A stretch of DNA of 64,000 bases from Trypethelium eluteriae. Its lineage: Eukaryota. Positions 62,341 to 64,000 of this stretch are shown here, one piece after another. How positions within the stretch are numbered: the stretch's first letter is position 1; each line of letters starts with the position of its first letter. The notes below the pieces were generated by a model. That model had not been told where the DNA came from, ran no database searches, and was given only the letters and a program-made list of their open reading frames with translations. Location of the stretch: assembly GCA_051942245.1 (NCBI GenBank), contig JAVECL010000005.1, positions 1 to 64,000 of the forward strand, written 5' to 3'. A program made the position numbers and the translations under genes.

Positions 62341-64000
62341 ATGGGATTATTCGATTACTTTACGACTAGGGGGGTGAAGGAGATTGCGAATGCGGGTACT
62401 TCTGGATCACAGTCACCAAGCGCCGAGCAGATGAAGAACTCGATGATTCAACCCCCTCACGCAACAGAGCCAGGGAGCCATGACGGCACTCCAAGGTCCG
62501 GCACTTCAGGCCCATGGGACAAGAGGGTATCGCGGGCTTCTATGACTCCATCCTTGCGCTCGCATAGCTTCATGGATGACATCAAGCATGAAGTCATGGT
62601 CAATTATCTTCATCAGCAGCAATGTGCTAGAATGTGGATGGTCGACGGTAGCAGGGCGAATCAAGGTGTCTTGGTGCGTAAAACAAGAGGCATCTATATG
62701 GCTTGCCCGCCGCAGCTGAGGGAGTCTGACCTTGCAAGCGCGGCAGCCGCTCTCAATCTACAGGTATGTTTCCTGTTGGATCTCTTCCATGACTTGGGGT
62801 AACTTCAATTCCAGGCTGTGATGACTGTGGATTCTCGCGTCGTTCGAACTTTGCTCGAGTCGGCGACTGGTATGCTCGAATTACCACTCAGCAATGGCCT
62901 CCATGTCCAGGTGCTCCCCTCCCTTGAGCAACTTCCTCGCGCAAGAAAACACCAGATGGCTGCTGTCATTGCCTCAGAACCATATCTCGTCGTCTGGGAC
63001 GACGAAGCAACCCACCTTGTGGAACGTGCTGCAGCTATAGAAGCTGATCTGATGAACCTTATCTGGAAGAACGGCAGTATCCGCGATCAAGATCATGCGG
63101 GCGAGAAGTCAGAAATTGGACCCGATATCACTATTTTGGAGGTTGACGAAGAGAGTGGAGAGTTGATTCCGCAAGCTCGTCCAGTCCATATCATGAACGC
63201 CGCGCTGGTTGGCTTTACAATCTTTCTTGTGGTTGCAATGCTCGGAGCCGGTTTTCGCGAAGTTGCGGGCGAGACCGCCGTAGACAAAAACTACATGAGG
63301 ATTGCCTTTATCGCATTAGTGCCGGTTCAAGTCTTCTTTACCTTGGCAAGTTCCTCCGCATTTTCCCTGCTCATGGATGCACTAACAGTGTCCACTCAGT
63401 TTTTCGCTCAAGTTGTAGTGGGCTGCATTGCGCAATGCATCGGACCTATCCGCCAGATGAAAACCAATTCTCGATACTATTCCGCTCAGGCCCCAGCTCG
63501 GCTACGAAATGGCTCTCTGCCTCACGTGACAATCCAATGTCCTGTGTACAAAGAAGGGCTAGCATCTGTCATAGCGCCAACAATCAAGTCGATCAAGCAG
63601 GCTATATCCACTTATGAGCTGCAAGGTGGCTCTGCGAACATGTTTGTAAATGATGATGGGCTCCAACTTCTCGATGAAGAGGAGAGGAATCAGAGGATCG
63701 ACTTCTATGCGGATCACAGCATTGGATGGGTTGCGAGGCCAAAACATGGCGAAAATGGATTCCTACGAAGGGGAAAGTTCAAGAAGGTACGTCTTCTCCC
63801 ATTGTGCGCATCTTTCCACGCCATGTGCTGTGTTGAAGGAGCCTGAGGCCGTCTTCAGGCACTTGCAGGAGCTGACACGTGCGTCAAGGCATCCAATATG
63901 AACTTCGCGTTGATGATCTCGTGTAAAGTCGAGGATAAGCTGCGCCAAATTGACAGATCGCAGCACTGGGATCAGAACGATGAAGCAGAGGCCTATGAGC
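62341..64000 (+). CDS. Membrane GT2 glycosyltransferase (Glyco_trans_2_3-like), 3' end outside the window
   Basis: Two TM helices then LPHVTIQCPVYKEGL, FVNDDGLQ, VARPKHG..RRGKFKK|ASNMNF. Introns at 62764-62814, 63346-63399 and 63787-63888. Confidence 0.88.

Overview
Intron-containing genomic DNA (about 50% GC) from a filamentous ascomycete (Pezizomycotina, inferred from gene content and splice signals). About 23 protein-coding genes can be modelled by hand: an orphan cytochrome P450, REC8, UBP6, ARC19, the FlbC-type C2H2 regulator with a ~7 kb gene-poor upstream region, a Rab escort protein, a glyoxalase-like protein, a PMP20/AHP1 peroxiredoxin, a CREG-like protein, RPS30, a DUF1348/SnoaL-like protein, a roadblock dynein light chain, IPI1, a PTH11-like receptor, an Msc7/ALDH22-type ALDH divergent from a choline oxidase, ARG4, 2-methylcitrate dehydratase, an NAD(P)-binding protein, a membrane-anchored GH16, and a GT2 that runs off the right edge. 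An accessory-looking block (~41.2-49.8 kb) holds orphan genes, a diverged ~180 bp direct repeat and decayed ORFs. I found no rRNA, tRNA, CRISPR array or recognisable transposase. The best candidates for an undescribed system are the GH16+GT2 pair and the choline oxidase/Msc7-ALDH pair; both are inferences from gene neighbourhood. Exon boundaries were read by eye and no database search was run.
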